DNA of 64,000 bases from an uncultured Rickettsiales bacterium (GTDB lineage: Bacteria > Pseudomonadota > Alphaproteobacteria > Rickettsiales > UBA1997). Below the pieces are notes generated by a model. The model was not told the origin of the DNA. It did no database searches and was given only the letters and a program-made list of their open reading frames with translations. The position numbers and the translations under genes are program-made. Below are positions 1 through 10,149 of the stretch, one piece after another. Location: contig CAJQHT010000030.1 in NCBI GenBank assembly GCA_905478245.1, forward strand, positions 4,351 through 68,350. The letters are read 5' to 3'. Each line of letters opens with the position of its first letter. The stretch's first letter is position 1.

Positions 1-837
1 AGCATTATTAGCTGAAAATTGTACCTTACCCTCATCATCAATCCACATTTCATCAGCATTATCTTCACCACTTAAAGATGCAACCCCCTCTCCAGAGCCA
101 ATTTCAACTGATTTTACCGCATTAATACTCATAAAGGCATTAGCAATATGACTATCTAATTTATTATAAATTGGCTGACCAATGCCAGCAGGAACATTCT
201 TTGCTACAACTTCAATTTTTGCCCCAATCGAGCTGCCATTTTTTCTAATCTTTGTTAAATATTCTTCTAAATCAATAATTAGATTTTTATCTGGACAGAA
301 AAAATCATTTTGATCAATTTGTTTATAATCAAAATTATCACGATTTATTTTCTTGTCTCCCATTTGTGATAAATAAGCTTGAATTTCAATATTGTATTTT
401 TCTTCTAAAATTTTTAAAGCAATCGCGCCAGCTGCAACACGCATTGCCGTCTCCCTAGCCGAAGATCTACCGCCACCACGATAATCTCTAATACCATATT
501 TTTTAAAATAGCTGTAATCACCATGACCTGGTCGAAATTTATCTTTTATGTCAGCATAATCTTTACTTTTTTGATCTTCATTATAGATAATTAAAGAAAT
601 TGGAGTTCCTGTGGTTTTACCCTCAAAAACACCAGATAATATTTTAACCCTATCACCCTCTTGTCTTTGGGTGGTAAATTTTGATTGCCCAGGCTTTCTT
701 TTATCGAGATATTTTTGAATATCTTCTTCATTTAAATTAATCATCGATGGGCAGCCATCAACAACGCAACCTATAGCCTCACCATGACTCTCGCCCCAGC
801 TAGTAAAAGAAAACAAATCACCAAATCTATTTGTCAT
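1..837 (-). CDS. aroC: Chorismate synthase (N-terminal ~279 codons; C-terminus lies beyond the window start)
   Basis: Own minus-strand translation from the ATG at 837-835 gives [33 protein letters not shown]... and later ...[40 protein letters not shown]..., both classic chorismate synthase signatures. The frame stays open to position 1, so it is absent from the ORF track. Its start overlaps the upstream stop as TAATG. Confidence 0.9.
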   Translation of the reverse strand, partial: MTNRFGDLFSFTSWGESHGEAIGCVVDGCPSMINLNEEDIQKYLDKRKPGQSKFTTQRQEGDRVKILSGVFEGKTTGTPISLIIYNEDQKSKDYADIKDKFRPGHGDYSYFKKYGIRDYRGGGRSSARETAMRVAAGAIALKILEEKYNIEIQAYLSQMGDKKINRDNFDYKQIDQNDFFCPDKNLIIDLEEYLTKIRKNGSSIGAKIEVVAKNVPAGIGQPIYNKLDSHIANAFMSINAVKSVEIGSGEGVASLSGEDNADEMWIDDEGKVQFSANNA

Positions 838-1256
838 TATTTAGTTTTTTTAATTATTAATACAGGATTATCGCTAAAAGTTAAATTATTACCATTATCG
901 CTAACTAATAATTTGCCAGCTTTAATATTAACAGCCTCACCGTCAGCTATAACGTCAAATAGCAATATGTCTTCATTATTTTTATGTATAGCTTCTTTTG
1001 CCTCCATATTATAATAACTATCCTTGCTATGTTCAAACTTTATTTTTGGATTAATCATTACCTTCTTTATAATGCTACTTTTCTGATCTTTATATTTTGC
1101 AACAAATTTTATTACATTACTATTTTTATAAAAACCCAGCATAAAAAATAAAATAAGTCCTAAAAATATCAATAAGGCACTAGAAATTATCAAATATTTT
1201 CTAATCTTACTGTAAATGCTAATATTTTTAACTATATATTGTCTTTTATTGTACAT
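837..1256 (-). CDS. Small membrane-anchored periplasmic protein, possibly LptC-like
   Basis: 139 aa with a single N-terminal TM helix ([21 protein letters not shown]). The following beta-rich segment ([24 protein letters not shown]...[38 protein letters not shown]) resembles the LptC/OstA-like pattern. It is short for LptC and is not in an lpt context. Confidence 0.35.
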   Translation of the reverse strand: MYNKRQYIVKNISIYSKIRKYLIISSALLIFLGLILFFMLGFYKNSNVIKFVAKYKDQKSSIIKKVMINPKIKFEHSKDSYYNMEAKEAIHKNNEDILLFDVIADGEAVNIKAGKLLVSDNGNNLTFSDNPVLIIKKTK

Positions 1257-3680
1257 TTATAATTTATTATAATCTTTTAAACTATATTCATCTACCTGAA
1301 TTGCATCATTTATTGCCTCCTGAGCTGATTTTAAAATATTAGCTTCTGATTTAGTGATGATTTTCTTTTTTACTGCTTCATTTAATATTTCTAAAATAGG
1401 TTTTTTCGGCAATTTTTTAGATCTAATATTCTGATTTAATTTAGCAATTAAATCACCGGAATCTCTAAATAATTTTAAAGCATTTTCCAATCTTCCCATT
1501 GCTTCATTTTTATTTTTTGATAGATAGATTCCTGCCGTAATTTTTTCTCTGAATTGATCATTATTTAATGATAGTGCTGCAATTTTATGAGATAATTTAT
1601 CACTAGGATTACTGTCAAATCTATTAATTCTCGCAAATATTTTAAAGGGATATATTAAAATTTTTAATATTTTATTTTCAAATAAATTATCAAATAAACC
1701 ATCAAAAGCAAGTTGCATTTTCGTAAATAAATCCTTCATAATATATTTCACTACTAATTCATCATCTTTCTTAGATCCATCCTCTTGAAATTGTTTTAAA
1801 ACAGCAACCCCAATATACATATAAGATAAAATATCACCAAAACGACCATTAATCTTCTCCTTTCTCTTTAAATTACCACCAAAGAATAGCATTGCCACAT
1901 CAGCCAAATAAGCAAAGGTTGCACTTGCCCAAGCTAATTTCCTTTCATATCTACCCACAATTCCTTTATGGCTAGGAATGAATAATCTACCACGAGTTAG
2001 GCTAAGTAAAGCTGACCTAACTTTATTGCGCAACATATGTCCAAAATGTGCAAAAAACGCTTTATCAAAACTTCTTAAATCCCCTTTTTCTAAAGCTTCC
2101 ATCTCTTTATAGGCATAAGGATGGCACATTATAGAGCCCTGACCAAAATGAATCAGGCTTCTAGTAATAATATTTGCTCCTTCAACAGTAATGGAAATAG
2201 GAACAGAAAAATAAGGATTAGCTAAAATATTTCTTTTACCCTTGATTATACCAGCTCCACCAGCAATATCCATACCATCATTAATAATTTTTCTAAACAT
2301 TTCTGTGGAATGATATTTAGCAATAGCAGAAACTACAGCTGGCTTTATTCCAGCATTTACAGCTCCGGCAGTGAATGATCTAATGGCTTCCATTTGATAA
2401 TTATTAGAAATTATACGCACTAAAGCCTCTTCAACACCCTCAAATTTACCAATAGAAAGACCAAATTGTTTTCTAATGTTAGCATAAGCAGTAATATAGC
2501 GAGTTACTAATTTAGCACCTCCAGCACTTGTAGACGGCAAAGATATTCCCCTACCTGCAGCCAAACATTCCATCAACATCTTCCAACCCTTACCAATACC
2601 ACTTTCTCCGCCAATTATGTCATCCATATCAATAATTACATCCTCGCCATTAATTGGAGAATTAATGAAATGAGTAGATAAAGGGTTATGTCTTCTACCT
2701 AAAATAACACCTTTAATATCACTTTTGATCAAAGCGCAAGTAATACCAAGATCTTCACCTTTTTTTAATATATTCTCTGGATCCTTTAATTTAAAAGCTA
2801 AACCAATTACAGTTGATACTGCCCCAAGAGTAATGTAACGCTTTTTCCAATTTAATTTGATTTTAATTTTATTTTTATCTTTAAAAATGACACCGTCAGA
2901 TTCAATAGAATTAGCATCACTACCAGCACCAGGCTCCGTCAAAGCAAAACATGGTATATCTTTTCCAGATGCTAATCTTGGCAAATAATAATCTTGCTGC
3001 TTTTTGGTGCCATAATATAATAATAATTCAGCAGGACCAAGAGAATTAGGCACCATAACTGTAATAGCTAAAGGAACAGATCTTGAAGAAAGTTTTTGAA
3101 TCACCGCACTATGAGCATAAGCAGAAAAGCCAAGACCACCATGTTTTTTTGGAATTATCATACCAAAGAACTGCTTTTTCTTAATAAAAGCCCAAATCTC
3201 TTTTGTTAAATCTTTTGTTTTTGAGACCTCATCATCATCACACATTGCACATAATTGCTCCGTTTCATTATCCAAAAAATCTTGCTCTTCTTTAGTTAAT
3301 TTTGGATATTTTTGCTTAAAGATCCATTTAAAGTCTGGTTTTCCAGAAAATAACTGACCGTCAACCCATACATTGCCAGACCTAAGCGCCGTCCTTTCTG
3401 TGTCAGAAATTTTTGGTAATAATTTTAATTTTTTAATTAATTTAACAATATATCTTGTTATTAAATATCTCCTAAGAGATCTAAATCCAATAATAAATGG
3501 AATTGCCGCATACCACATCCAGAAAGTTGACTGTGGATCAAATTGTAAAATTAAAACAAAACCTAAAACAATCCAAGAGTAAATAGAAAAGCCATTATAG
3601 GCAAAAATTACCGCCAAAAACAATATGGAATAATTAAAAATATGTAAATTTGCTGAAATTAATAAATATAGATCATTCAT
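1257..3680 (-). CDS. fadE: Large FadE-type acyl-CoA dehydrogenase
   Basis: 807 aa with N-terminal hydrophobic helices followed by acyl-CoA dehydrogenase motifs (FALTEPGAGSD, LAAGRGISLPS, GAGIIKG). Size and architecture match E. coli-type FadE. Confidence 0.8.
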   Translation of the reverse strand: MNDLYLLISANLHIFNYSILFLAVIFAYNGFSIYSWIVLGFVLILQFDPQSTFWMWYAAIPFIIGFRSLRRYLITRYIVKLIKKLKLLPKISDTERTALRSGNVWVDGQLFSGKPDFKWIFKQKYPKLTKEEQDFLDNETEQLCAMCDDDEVSKTKDLTKEIWAFIKKKQFFGMIIPKKHGGLGFSAYAHSAVIQKLSSRSVPLAITVMVPNSLGPAELLLYYGTKKQQDYYLPRLASGKDIPCFALTEPGAGSDANSIESDGVIFKDKNKIKIKLNWKKRYITLGAVSTVIGLAFKLKDPENILKKGEDLGITCALIKSDIKGVILGRRHNPLSTHFINSPINGEDVIIDMDDIIGGESGIGKGWKMLMECLAAGRGISLPSTSAGGAKLVTRYITAYANIRKQFGLSIGKFEGVEEALVRIISNNYQMEAIRSFTAGAVNAGIKPAVVSAIAKYHSTEMFRKIINDGMDIAGGAGIIKGKRNILANPYFSVPISITVEGANIITRSLIHFGQGSIMCHPYAYKEMEALEKGDLRSFDKAFFAHFGHMLRNKVRSALLSLTRGRLFIPSHKGIVGRYERKLAWASATFAYLADVAMLFFGGNLKRKEKINGRFGDILSYMYIGVAVLKQFQEDGSKKDDELVVKYIMKDLFTKMQLAFDGLFDNLFENKILKILIYPFKIFARINRFDSNPSDKLSHKIAALSLNNDQFREKITAGIYLSKNKNEAMGRLENALKLFRDSGDLIAKLNQNIRSKKLPKKPILEILNEAVKKKIITKSEANILKSAQEAINDAIQVDEYSLKDYNKL

Positions 3681-3681
3681 T

Positions 3682-4551
3682 TTATTCTCCTTGATTTTTT
3701 AACATTAACTGACAAGATGTTTTGACTAAATTTCTAACTCTTAATATATAAGAAGCTCTTTGCGTAGGAGAAATAACACCCCTAGCATCAAGTAAATTTA
3801 ATATATGGCTAGCCTTTAAAGCCTGCTCATAAGCTGGAATTGGTAATTTTTTTTCACTAAGAAGCTCTGACTGCTGCTCTATTTCATCAAAATTCCTAAA
3901 TAAATTATCAATATTAGAATATTCCATCATGAAGGCTGAGCTTTGCTGTTCATTTTCTAAAAAAACATCTCTATAAGTAATTTTTTTATCTCCTGATTTA
4001 CCATTCCAATCAATATCGAAAATACTATCAACTCCCTGAATATGCATAGCAATTCTTTCAAGTCCATAAGTTAATTCACCAGGAATAAGTTCACATTCAA
4101 TGCCACCAACTTGCTGCATATAGGTAAATTGAACAATTTCCATACCATTATACCAAACTTCCCAACCAAGACCAGCTGCTCCAACAGTAGGATTCTCCCA
4201 ATCATCTTCAACAAAACGAATATCGTTTAATTTTGTATCAATACCAATTCTTCTCAAACTTTCCAAAAATAAATCCTGTATATCATTAGGTGCAGGCTTT
4301 AATAAAACCTGATATTGGTAATAATGACCCAGGCGATTAGGGTTCTGACCGTATCTGGCATCAGTTGGCCTACGGGAAGGTTGTACATAAGCAACATTCC
4401 AAGGTTTTGACCCAATTGCCCTTAATATTGTTGCTGGATGAAGCGTTCCAGCCCCAACCTCACTATCAAAAGGCTGTAAAATAGCACAACCATAATCAGA
4501 CCAGTAATTTTGCAAGGTTGCAATAATATTTTGAAATGATTTATCTTTCAT
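3682..4551 (-). CDS. glyQ: Glycine--tRNA ligase alpha subunit
   Basis: 289 aa with [56 protein letters not shown] and [22 protein letters not shown]. This is a highly conserved GlyQ sequence. Confidence 0.95.
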   Translation of the reverse strand: MKDKSFQNIIATLQNYWSDYGCAILQPFDSEVGAGTLHPATILRAIGSKPWNVAYVQPSRRPTDARYGQNPNRLGHYYQYQVLLKPAPNDIQDLFLESLRRIGIDTKLNDIRFVEDDWENPTVGAAGLGWEVWYNGMEIVQFTYMQQVGGIECELIPGELTYGLERIAMHIQGVDSIFDIDWNGKSGDKKITYRDVFLENEQQSSAFMMEYSNIDNLFRNFDEIEQQSELLSEKKLPIPAYEQALKASHILNLLDARGVISPTQRASYILRVRNLVKTSCQLMLKNQGE

Positions 4552-4604
4552 GATGATAATAATACTTAATTACTTTCTTAATAAATATATTTCTAAATCA
4601 AAAA

Positions 4605-4943
4605 TCACATTGCAAATGAATTGCCACAACCACAATTAGCAGTTGCATTAGGATTATTAATTTTAAAATAAGAACCGCCCAAATTAGAAACAAAATCTAA
4701 AGAACAGCCTTTTAAAAATTCCAAAGATGTCTTATCTATTACAATGATTATTTGATTCTCTTCCTCTATTTTTAAATCATCATCATGAATCTCGCCATCT
4801 AAATTGAAATTATATTGAAAACCACTGCAGCCACCACCAAGAACCTTAATGCGTAAATATTTTTTGACATTCTCATCCTTAGCTCTAATTTCTACAATTC
4901 TTTTTACCGCACTATCTGTAACTTTAATAACTTCTTCCATCAT
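4605..4943 (-). CDS. erpA: Iron-sulfur cluster insertion protein (HesB/IscA/ErpA family)
   Basis: Contains GGGCSGFQYNF and the C-terminal CGCGNSF motif. I trimmed the start to the MMEEV methionines (4943/4940), because the track's upstream extension overlaps the end of hisE. Confidence 0.85.
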   Translation of the reverse strand: MMEEVIKVTDSAVKRIVEIRAKDENVKKYLRIKVLGGGCSGFQYNFNLDGEIHDDDLKIEEENQIIIVIDKTSLEFLKGCSLDFVSNLGGSYFKINNPNATANCGCGNSFAM

Positions 4944-4947
4944 AGAT

Positions 4948-5286
4948 TTAACTTTTTTTAAAATTAATTTCATCAATTTTTTTAACTCCACCTCTTTTTT
5001 TTAGCTCATCAATAACTTCACTTAAATCAATATCCTTAATTGCAATTAAAGCCATTAGATGGTAAATAACATCAGCCGCCTCCCCTATTAATTCTTCTCT
5101 TTTTTTACCATATTGCATTTCAATATTAGCAATACTAAGCTCAAAAGCTTCCTCCATTAATTTTTTACTAACAGCTTCAGAGGTTAGGCTAGCTAAATAA
5201 GCTGTATAAGATTTACTAGGATCTAGATTTTTTGATCTTTCCTTTATCTGGGTAAATAGATTTTCTAAATAAGAAGAATTGCTCAT
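4948..5286 (-). CDS. hisE: Phosphoribosyl-ATP pyrophosphatase (MazG-like HisE)
   Basis: Shows the HisE pattern: YTAYLAS...SKKLMEEAFELSIA...EELIGEAADVIYHLMALIAIKDIDLSEVIDELKKR. The start is taken at MSNSSYLENL (5286). Confidence 0.75.
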   Translation of the reverse strand: MSNSSYLENLFTQIKERSKNLDPSKSYTAYLASLTSEAVSKKLMEEAFELSIANIEMQYGKKREELIGEAADVIYHLMALIAIKDIDLSEVIDELKKRGGVKKIDEINFKKS

Positions 5287-5368
5287 TTTCAATAAAATTA
5301 ATAATATAAACATTAACGCTAAATGACACCATTTAAAAAATAAGATTTATCGGTATCTTAAGGTATTA

Positions 5369-5537
5369 TACCATTTTAACTTCTAAAACAGTTATTTTAT
5401 TAAATGATTAAATTCGTTATCTTTTTAGTTAAAATTGATAAAAAGCCTCGTACAATATGTTCATATTGCAGCTCGTTTTTTACCAATTTTACCATAAAAA
5501 TATTTAGAATTTAATTCATTTATAAGTTAGAATGGTA
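5369..5537 (+). mobile_element. Palindromic MITE-like element, variant 2 (full length)
   Basis: Termini are TACCATTTTAACTT...AAGTTAGAATGGTA. The two arms are similar to each other internally, for example ATGATTAAATTCG...AAAATTGATAAAAAGCCTCG versus the reverse complement of the ATGAATTAAATTCT...AAAATTGGTAAAAAACGAG arm. TTA flanks lie at 5366-5368 and 5538-5540. The centre and TIR core are shared with variant 1. Confidence 0.8.
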
Positions 5538-5633
5538 TTATCTATAAATCAAAAACTTGGGTGTTAATTAAAAAAATCAAAATTTTGATTTACAGACAAT
5601 CCCCTTAACGACAGTCTAACAGAATATATATAT

Positions 5634-6179
5634 TTAATCAAGTAGTATTTTTTTATAAAATTCTATAATTTTTTTATTTAAAGCACCCTGATGTCTATGA
5701 ATTATTTCCCCCTTCTTATTTATTAAAAATGTCTCCGGAACAGCTTTAACAAACAATAACTTCAATAATTCACCCTTTTTATCAACTCCAATTTTTATGT
5801 AAGGATTTTGATATTTTTCTAAGTATTTTTTAGTATTTTCATCAATATCCTGAAAAGCAACGGCATAAATATCAACCAAACCGCTTTTTGATAATTTTAT
5901 TAATTCATCATGCTCAGCTAAACAGGTAGTGCACCAAGAAGCAAAAATATTAAGTAAAGAATAATTGTTTTTAACCAAATCTTCATTGGTTAATTTATCA
6001 TTTTTATCATAAAGATTAGTAAAAGATAATTCTGGTAATTTAATAGATTGAGCACGATTAAATTCTGCTAAGCTATTCTGCTCTTCTTTTAATTTGTAAA
6101 CAGCTAAAAAACCTAAAATAAAAATCAATATCAATACCAGCAAAGGCAATAATGACAATAAATTCTTTGATTTAGGCAT
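5634..6179 (-). CDS. ccmG: Thiol:disulfide oxidoreductase, cytochrome c biogenesis (CcmG/DsbE, TlpA family)
   Basis: 181 aa with an N-terminal membrane anchor, the thioredoxin-fold WCTTC active site, and the VPETFLINKKGEI motif. Confidence 0.8.
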   Translation of the reverse strand: MPKSKNLLSLLPLLVLILIFILGFLAVYKLKEEQNSLAEFNRAQSIKLPELSFTNLYDKNDKLTNEDLVKNNYSLLNIFASWCTTCLAEHDELIKLSKSGLVDIYAVAFQDIDENTKKYLEKYQNPYIKIGVDKKGELLKLLFVKAVPETFLINKKGEIIHRHQGALNKKIIEFYKKILLD

Positions 6180-6909
6180 CTTTTTTAAATAACATGATAT
6201 AATTTACATCCAGATTATCAATTAATTTCCATTTATCATCAAAAACATCATAATCAAAACCCTTCTCTTCTAATAATGTAAAATCACCACTGTCTAAAAC
6301 CATATCATTAATCTGAGAGGGCTTTAAAAACTTCTTCCAATCATGAGTTCCAATTGGTAACCATTTTAAAATATACTCAGCACCAATAATGGCCTTCAAA
6401 TAAGAGGAAATAGTTTTATTTAAAGTTGCAATCAATAAAATACCATCTTTTTTTAAGCATTTTGTTAAAAATCCAATAAAATCTTCAATATTATCAACAT
6501 GTTCCACCACTTCCAAAGCCAAAACAACATCAAATTTTTTTGTTTTTTTAGAAAAATCTTCGATATCAATATTTTGATAATTAATATTTAACCCGGATTC
6601 TTTAGCGTGTAATTTTGCAACTTCAATATTCTTTATAGAAGCATCAATTCCAGTCATTTTCGCCCCCATTTTTGCCAAAGGCTCACAAATTAAACCACCC
6701 CCACAACCAATATCAGCAATCTCTATATTTTTTAAAGGTAGGCTTTGATCTTTAACCTGAAAATTCTCAATTATTTTATTTTTAACAAATTCTATTCTAA
6801 TTGGATTAAATTTATGAAGAGGCTTAAATTTACCACTCTCATCCCACCATTCTTGAGCTATATCCGAAAACTTCTTCACCTCCTTTGAATTTATTGTATT
6901 TTGACTCAT
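6172..6909 (-). CDS. ubiG: Ubiquinone biosynthesis O-methyltransferase
   Basis: Has the SAM-binding motif DIGCGGGLICEPLAKMGAKMTGID, then LEVVEHV and IGAEYILKWLPIGTHDWKKFLKPSQ typical of UbiG. It overlaps ccmG by 8 nt. Confidence 0.9.
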   Translation of the reverse strand: MSQNTINSKEVKKFSDIAQEWWDESGKFKPLHKFNPIRIEFVKNKIIENFQVKDQSLPLKNIEIADIGCGGGLICEPLAKMGAKMTGIDASIKNIEVAKLHAKESGLNINYQNIDIEDFSKKTKKFDVVLALEVVEHVDNIEDFIGFLTKCLKKDGILLIATLNKTISSYLKAIIGAEYILKWLPIGTHDWKKFLKPSQINDMVLDSGDFTLLEEKGFDYDVFDDKWKLIDNLDVNYIMLFKKDA

Positions 6910-6948
6910 ATTAACTATTAACTTTACAATTAATTATTCATTAAAAAA

Positions 6949-7827
6949 TTAAGAAATAATATTATCTTTTGCCATCCAATTTTTAACCTTGACCACCAAA
7001 AATAAATGCACTTTTTTTACTCCAAGCATTACAGCAATATCCTGTCTTGCCAATTCTCCTATTTCTTTAATAACAGCACCTTTTTTACCTACAATTATTG
7101 CTTTTTGACTCTCACGCAAAACACAAATTGTTTGATAAATTTTAACATCACCATTATCAAAGTTCTGCCAAGAATCATTTTCTATATGCACTGAATAAGG
7201 CAAATCTTGATGTAGTTTTATAAATAATTTTTCCCTCGTAATTTCACTTGCCAGATATTTTATTGGCGCATCAGTTATTTCATCATCACGAAATATCCAG
7301 GGAGAATTTTTAGTAATTTTGATTAAATGATTTTTTAGAAGATCAGTGCCATCACCAGACTCAGCGCAAATCATAAAAATATTTTCTAATCCCTTGGACG
7401 ATACATCAGCAATAATTGTTAATAATTTTGCCTTTTTTACTAAATCAATTTTATTAATAGCAATAATTGGTTCAATTTCATGTTTTTTTAAATCAATTAA
7501 AATATTTTTTATATGTTCATCGCAGCCCTTTTGGGAATCAATTAATAAGCAAACATTATCAGCATCTTTAATGCCTTGCCAAGCTGATTTAACTATTGAA
7601 CGTTCCAAGAGGCGATTTTTATTTGGAATAAAAATACCAGGAGTATCAAAAAAAACAATCTGGGTTTTATCTTCAACTAAAATAGCCTTGATTGTGTTTC
7701 TGGTAGTTTGAACCTTGGGAGATACAATGGAAACCTTCTGCCCAACTAAATGATTACTTAAGGTTGACTTACCAACATTTGGTGGGCCAATTAAGGCAAT
7801 AACGCCACACTTTTCCTGATTATCCAT
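6949..7827 (-). CDS. era: GTPase Era
   Basis: G1 motif GPPNVGKST, G3 motif DTPG, G4 motif NKID, and a C-terminal KH domain (VLRESQKAIIVGKKGAVIKEIG). Confidence 0.95.
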   Translation of the reverse strand: MDNQEKCGVIALIGPPNVGKSTLSNHLVGQKVSIVSPKVQTTRNTIKAILVEDKTQIVFFDTPGIFIPNKNRLLERSIVKSAWQGIKDADNVCLLIDSQKGCDEHIKNILIDLKKHEIEPIIAINKIDLVKKAKLLTIIADVSSKGLENIFMICAESGDGTDLLKNHLIKITKNSPWIFRDDEITDAPIKYLASEITREKLFIKLHQDLPYSVHIENDSWQNFDNGDVKIYQTICVLRESQKAIIVGKKGAVIKEIGELARQDIAVMLGVKKVHLFLVVKVKNWMAKDNIIS

Positions 7828-7830
7828 ATC

Positions 7831-9189
7831 TTATTTAGAAAGAATTGATTGAAGCTCTTCCGAAATCAAAAAAGCCAATTCCAAGCTTTGTGAAGAATTT
7901 AATCTAGGATCGCAGTGAGTATTATATCTTTGCTTTAAGTCAATTTCAGATATTTTATGATTTCCTCCTAAGCACTCTGTAACATCTTGTCCGGTCATCT
8001 CAAAATGAATACCACCAGCATAAGTTCCAATAGCTCTATGCACATTAAAAAATGATTTAATTTCACTTAATATATCATCAAATTTACGAGTTTTAAAATC
8101 ACCAGCCTTAATAGTATTACCATGCATGGGGTCGCAAGACCAAACAACATTTCTACCTTCTCTTTTAACCTTTTCTACCAAAGGAGGTAGTAATTCCTCA
8201 ACTTTTTTAGCTCCCATTCTGGAAATAAGAGTAATTCTGCCAGCTACATTATTAGGATTTAATATATCTAACAACTCCATTAAATCATCTTGAGAAATAG
8301 TAGGACCAACCTTAAAAGCAACAGGATTATTAATGCCTCTCATAAATTCAACATGAGCTTCTTGAGGATTACGAGTTCTGTCTCCAATCCAAAGCATATG
8401 AGCGCTTAAATCGTAATAACCCCTATGTTTATTGCTATGATTATTTCTAGTAAAGGCCTGCTCATAATTCAGCATTAAAGCCTCATGAGAGGTATAAAAT
8501 TTTGCACTATTAAGCTGTAAAGTCTCTTTTAAATTAACACCACAAGACTCCATAAATGAAATTGATTGATTGATTTTATAAATTAATTCTTCAATGTTTT
8601 TATTCTTATCCAAACTATGAGCAAACTCTTCATTCCATCTATTAATATTTCCCAAACTAGAATAGCCACCAACAGCTAAAGATCTAATATAATTTAGAGT
8701 TGCCGCAGAATGAAAATAGCCAGTAATCAATTTTTCAGGATCACATATTCTAGCTTTTTCTGTAAATTCAATAGAATTAACATTATCACCCTTATAGCTC
8801 GGCAAAGTAACATTATTAATAGTTTCTGTATTGCTAGATCTTGGCTTAGCATATTGACCAGAAATTCTACCAACCTTAACAACTGGCTTTTTAGCGCCAT
8901 ACATTAAAGCCACTGTCATTTGTAATATCGTACGAAAGAAACTTCTAATATTATTATGATTAAATTCACTAAAGCTTTCAGCGCAATCTCCGCCTTGTAA
9001 TAAAAAAGCCTCACCCCTTGAAACTTGAGCTAATTCACTTTTCAAATTCTCAATTTCATCGACACTAACCAAAGGAGGGAAAGATTCTAATTTTTTCTCT
9101 ATTTTCTTTAATTCGTTTAAATCTCTATATTCAGGCTGTTGCTTTATTGGCAAATTACACCAAGATTCTAAATTCCAATTTTCTGTCAT
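7831..9189 (-). CDS. 3-deoxy-7-phosphoheptulonate (DAHP) synthase, class II
   Basis: 452 aa with WNLESW...LPIKQQPEY, GDCAESF, GRISGQYAKPRS, IGDRTR and CDPMHGNT. This is the plant/actinobacterial-type class II enzyme. Confidence 0.92.
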   Translation of the reverse strand: MTENWNLESWCNLPIKQQPEYRDLNELKKIEKKLESFPPLVSVDEIENLKSELAQVSRGEAFLLQGGDCAESFSEFNHNNIRSFFRTILQMTVALMYGAKKPVVKVGRISGQYAKPRSSNTETINNVTLPSYKGDNVNSIEFTEKARICDPEKLITGYFHSAATLNYIRSLAVGGYSSLGNINRWNEEFAHSLDKNKNIEELIYKINQSISFMESCGVNLKETLQLNSAKFYTSHEALMLNYEQAFTRNNHSNKHRGYYDLSAHMLWIGDRTRNPQEAHVEFMRGINNPVAFKVGPTISQDDLMELLDILNPNNVAGRITLISRMGAKKVEELLPPLVEKVKREGRNVVWSCDPMHGNTIKAGDFKTRKFDDILSEIKSFFNVHRAIGTYAGGIHFEMTGQDVTECLGGNHKISEIDLKQRYNTHCDPRLNSSQSLELAFLISEELQSILSK

Positions 9190-9230
9190 TTTATTATTAT
9201 AGTTTAAAGATGGACTTTGATAAAATATTA

Positions 9231-9250
9231 TACCATTTTAACTTTACAAT
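9231..9250 (+). repeat. Solo MITE terminus (variant 2 TIR)
   Basis: TACCATTTTAACTTTACAAT is preceded by TTA (9228-9230). It matches the left end of the 5369 element and lies in the divergent DAHP synthase/pheA intergenic region. Confidence 0.5.
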
Positions 9251-9301
9251 TATCAAGATATTTTATAAAATTTAAGAAAATTAATTAATTTAAATATCAA
9301 A

Positions 9302-10144
9302 ATGACAAAAACAATTGCCTTTGCTGGATCATACGGCGCTAATGCTGACCTTGCCTGTAAAACATTTTACCCAGAATGTAAAACATTATCATGTACCTCC
9401 TTTGCCGATGTATTTCAAGCTGTAAAAGATGAAAAAACTGATTACGGTATCATACCTCTTGAAAATTCTTATGCTGGCAGAGTATCTGAAATTCATAACC
9501 TACTCCAAGATAGCAATCTTTTTATAATAGCAGAGCATTTCTACCAAATAGAACACCATCTAGCAGCGCTAAAGGGCACTAAAATATCAGAAATTGAAGA
9601 AATATATTCTCATCCGCAGGCCTTAATGCAATGTAAGAACAATTTAAAAGACATTAAAGCAGAATTATTTAATTATTCCAACACAGCAGATGCAGCAAAA
9701 TTAATCAAAGACAGTCAAGATAAAAATAAAGCCGCTCTTTGTTCAAAATTAGCAGCAGAAATCAATAATTTAGAAGTGATAAAAGAAAACCTTGAGGATG
9801 CCAAAAAAAATAATATGACCTTATGGATAGTTCTCTCAAAAGAAGCAATAGATCCAGAAATAAAAGAAAATACAAAAATAGTTACCACAATGCTTTTTAC
9901 TGTACGAAATATCCCAGGATCACTCTATAAGTCACTTGGAGGTTTTGCCACTAACAATGTTAATATGCTGAAATTAGAAAGCTATATTCCTGGCGGCATT
10001 TCAACTCAAGCAAAATTCTTTATTTCAGTGGAAGGCCATCCAGATCAAGAAAATATCCGCCTCGCACTTGAAGAAATTGGCTTCTTCTCTAAAAGAATTA
10101 AAGTTTTAGGAGTTTATCCAGCTGACCCACTAAGATTTAAATAA
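9302..10144 (+). CDS. pheA: Prephenate dehydratase
   Basis: 280 aa with the PDT domain (GIIPLENSYAGRV, SHPQAL) and a C-terminal ACT domain (TMLFTVRNIPGSLYKSLGGFATNNVNMLKLESYIP). Confidence 0.9.
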   Translation: MTKTIAFAGSYGANADLACKTFYPECKTLSCTSFADVFQAVKDEKTDYGIIPLENSYAGRVSEIHNLLQDSNLFIIAEHFYQIEHHLAALKGTKISEIEEIYSHPQALMQCKNNLKDIKAELFNYSNTADAAKLIKDSQDKNKAALCSKLAAEINNLEVIKENLEDAKKNNMTLWIVLSKEAIDPEIKENTKIVTTMLFTVRNIPGSLYKSLGGFATNNVNMLKLESYIPGGISTQAKFFISVEGHPDQENIRLALEEIGFFSKRIKVLGVYPADPLRFK

Positions 10145-10149
10145 TATAA

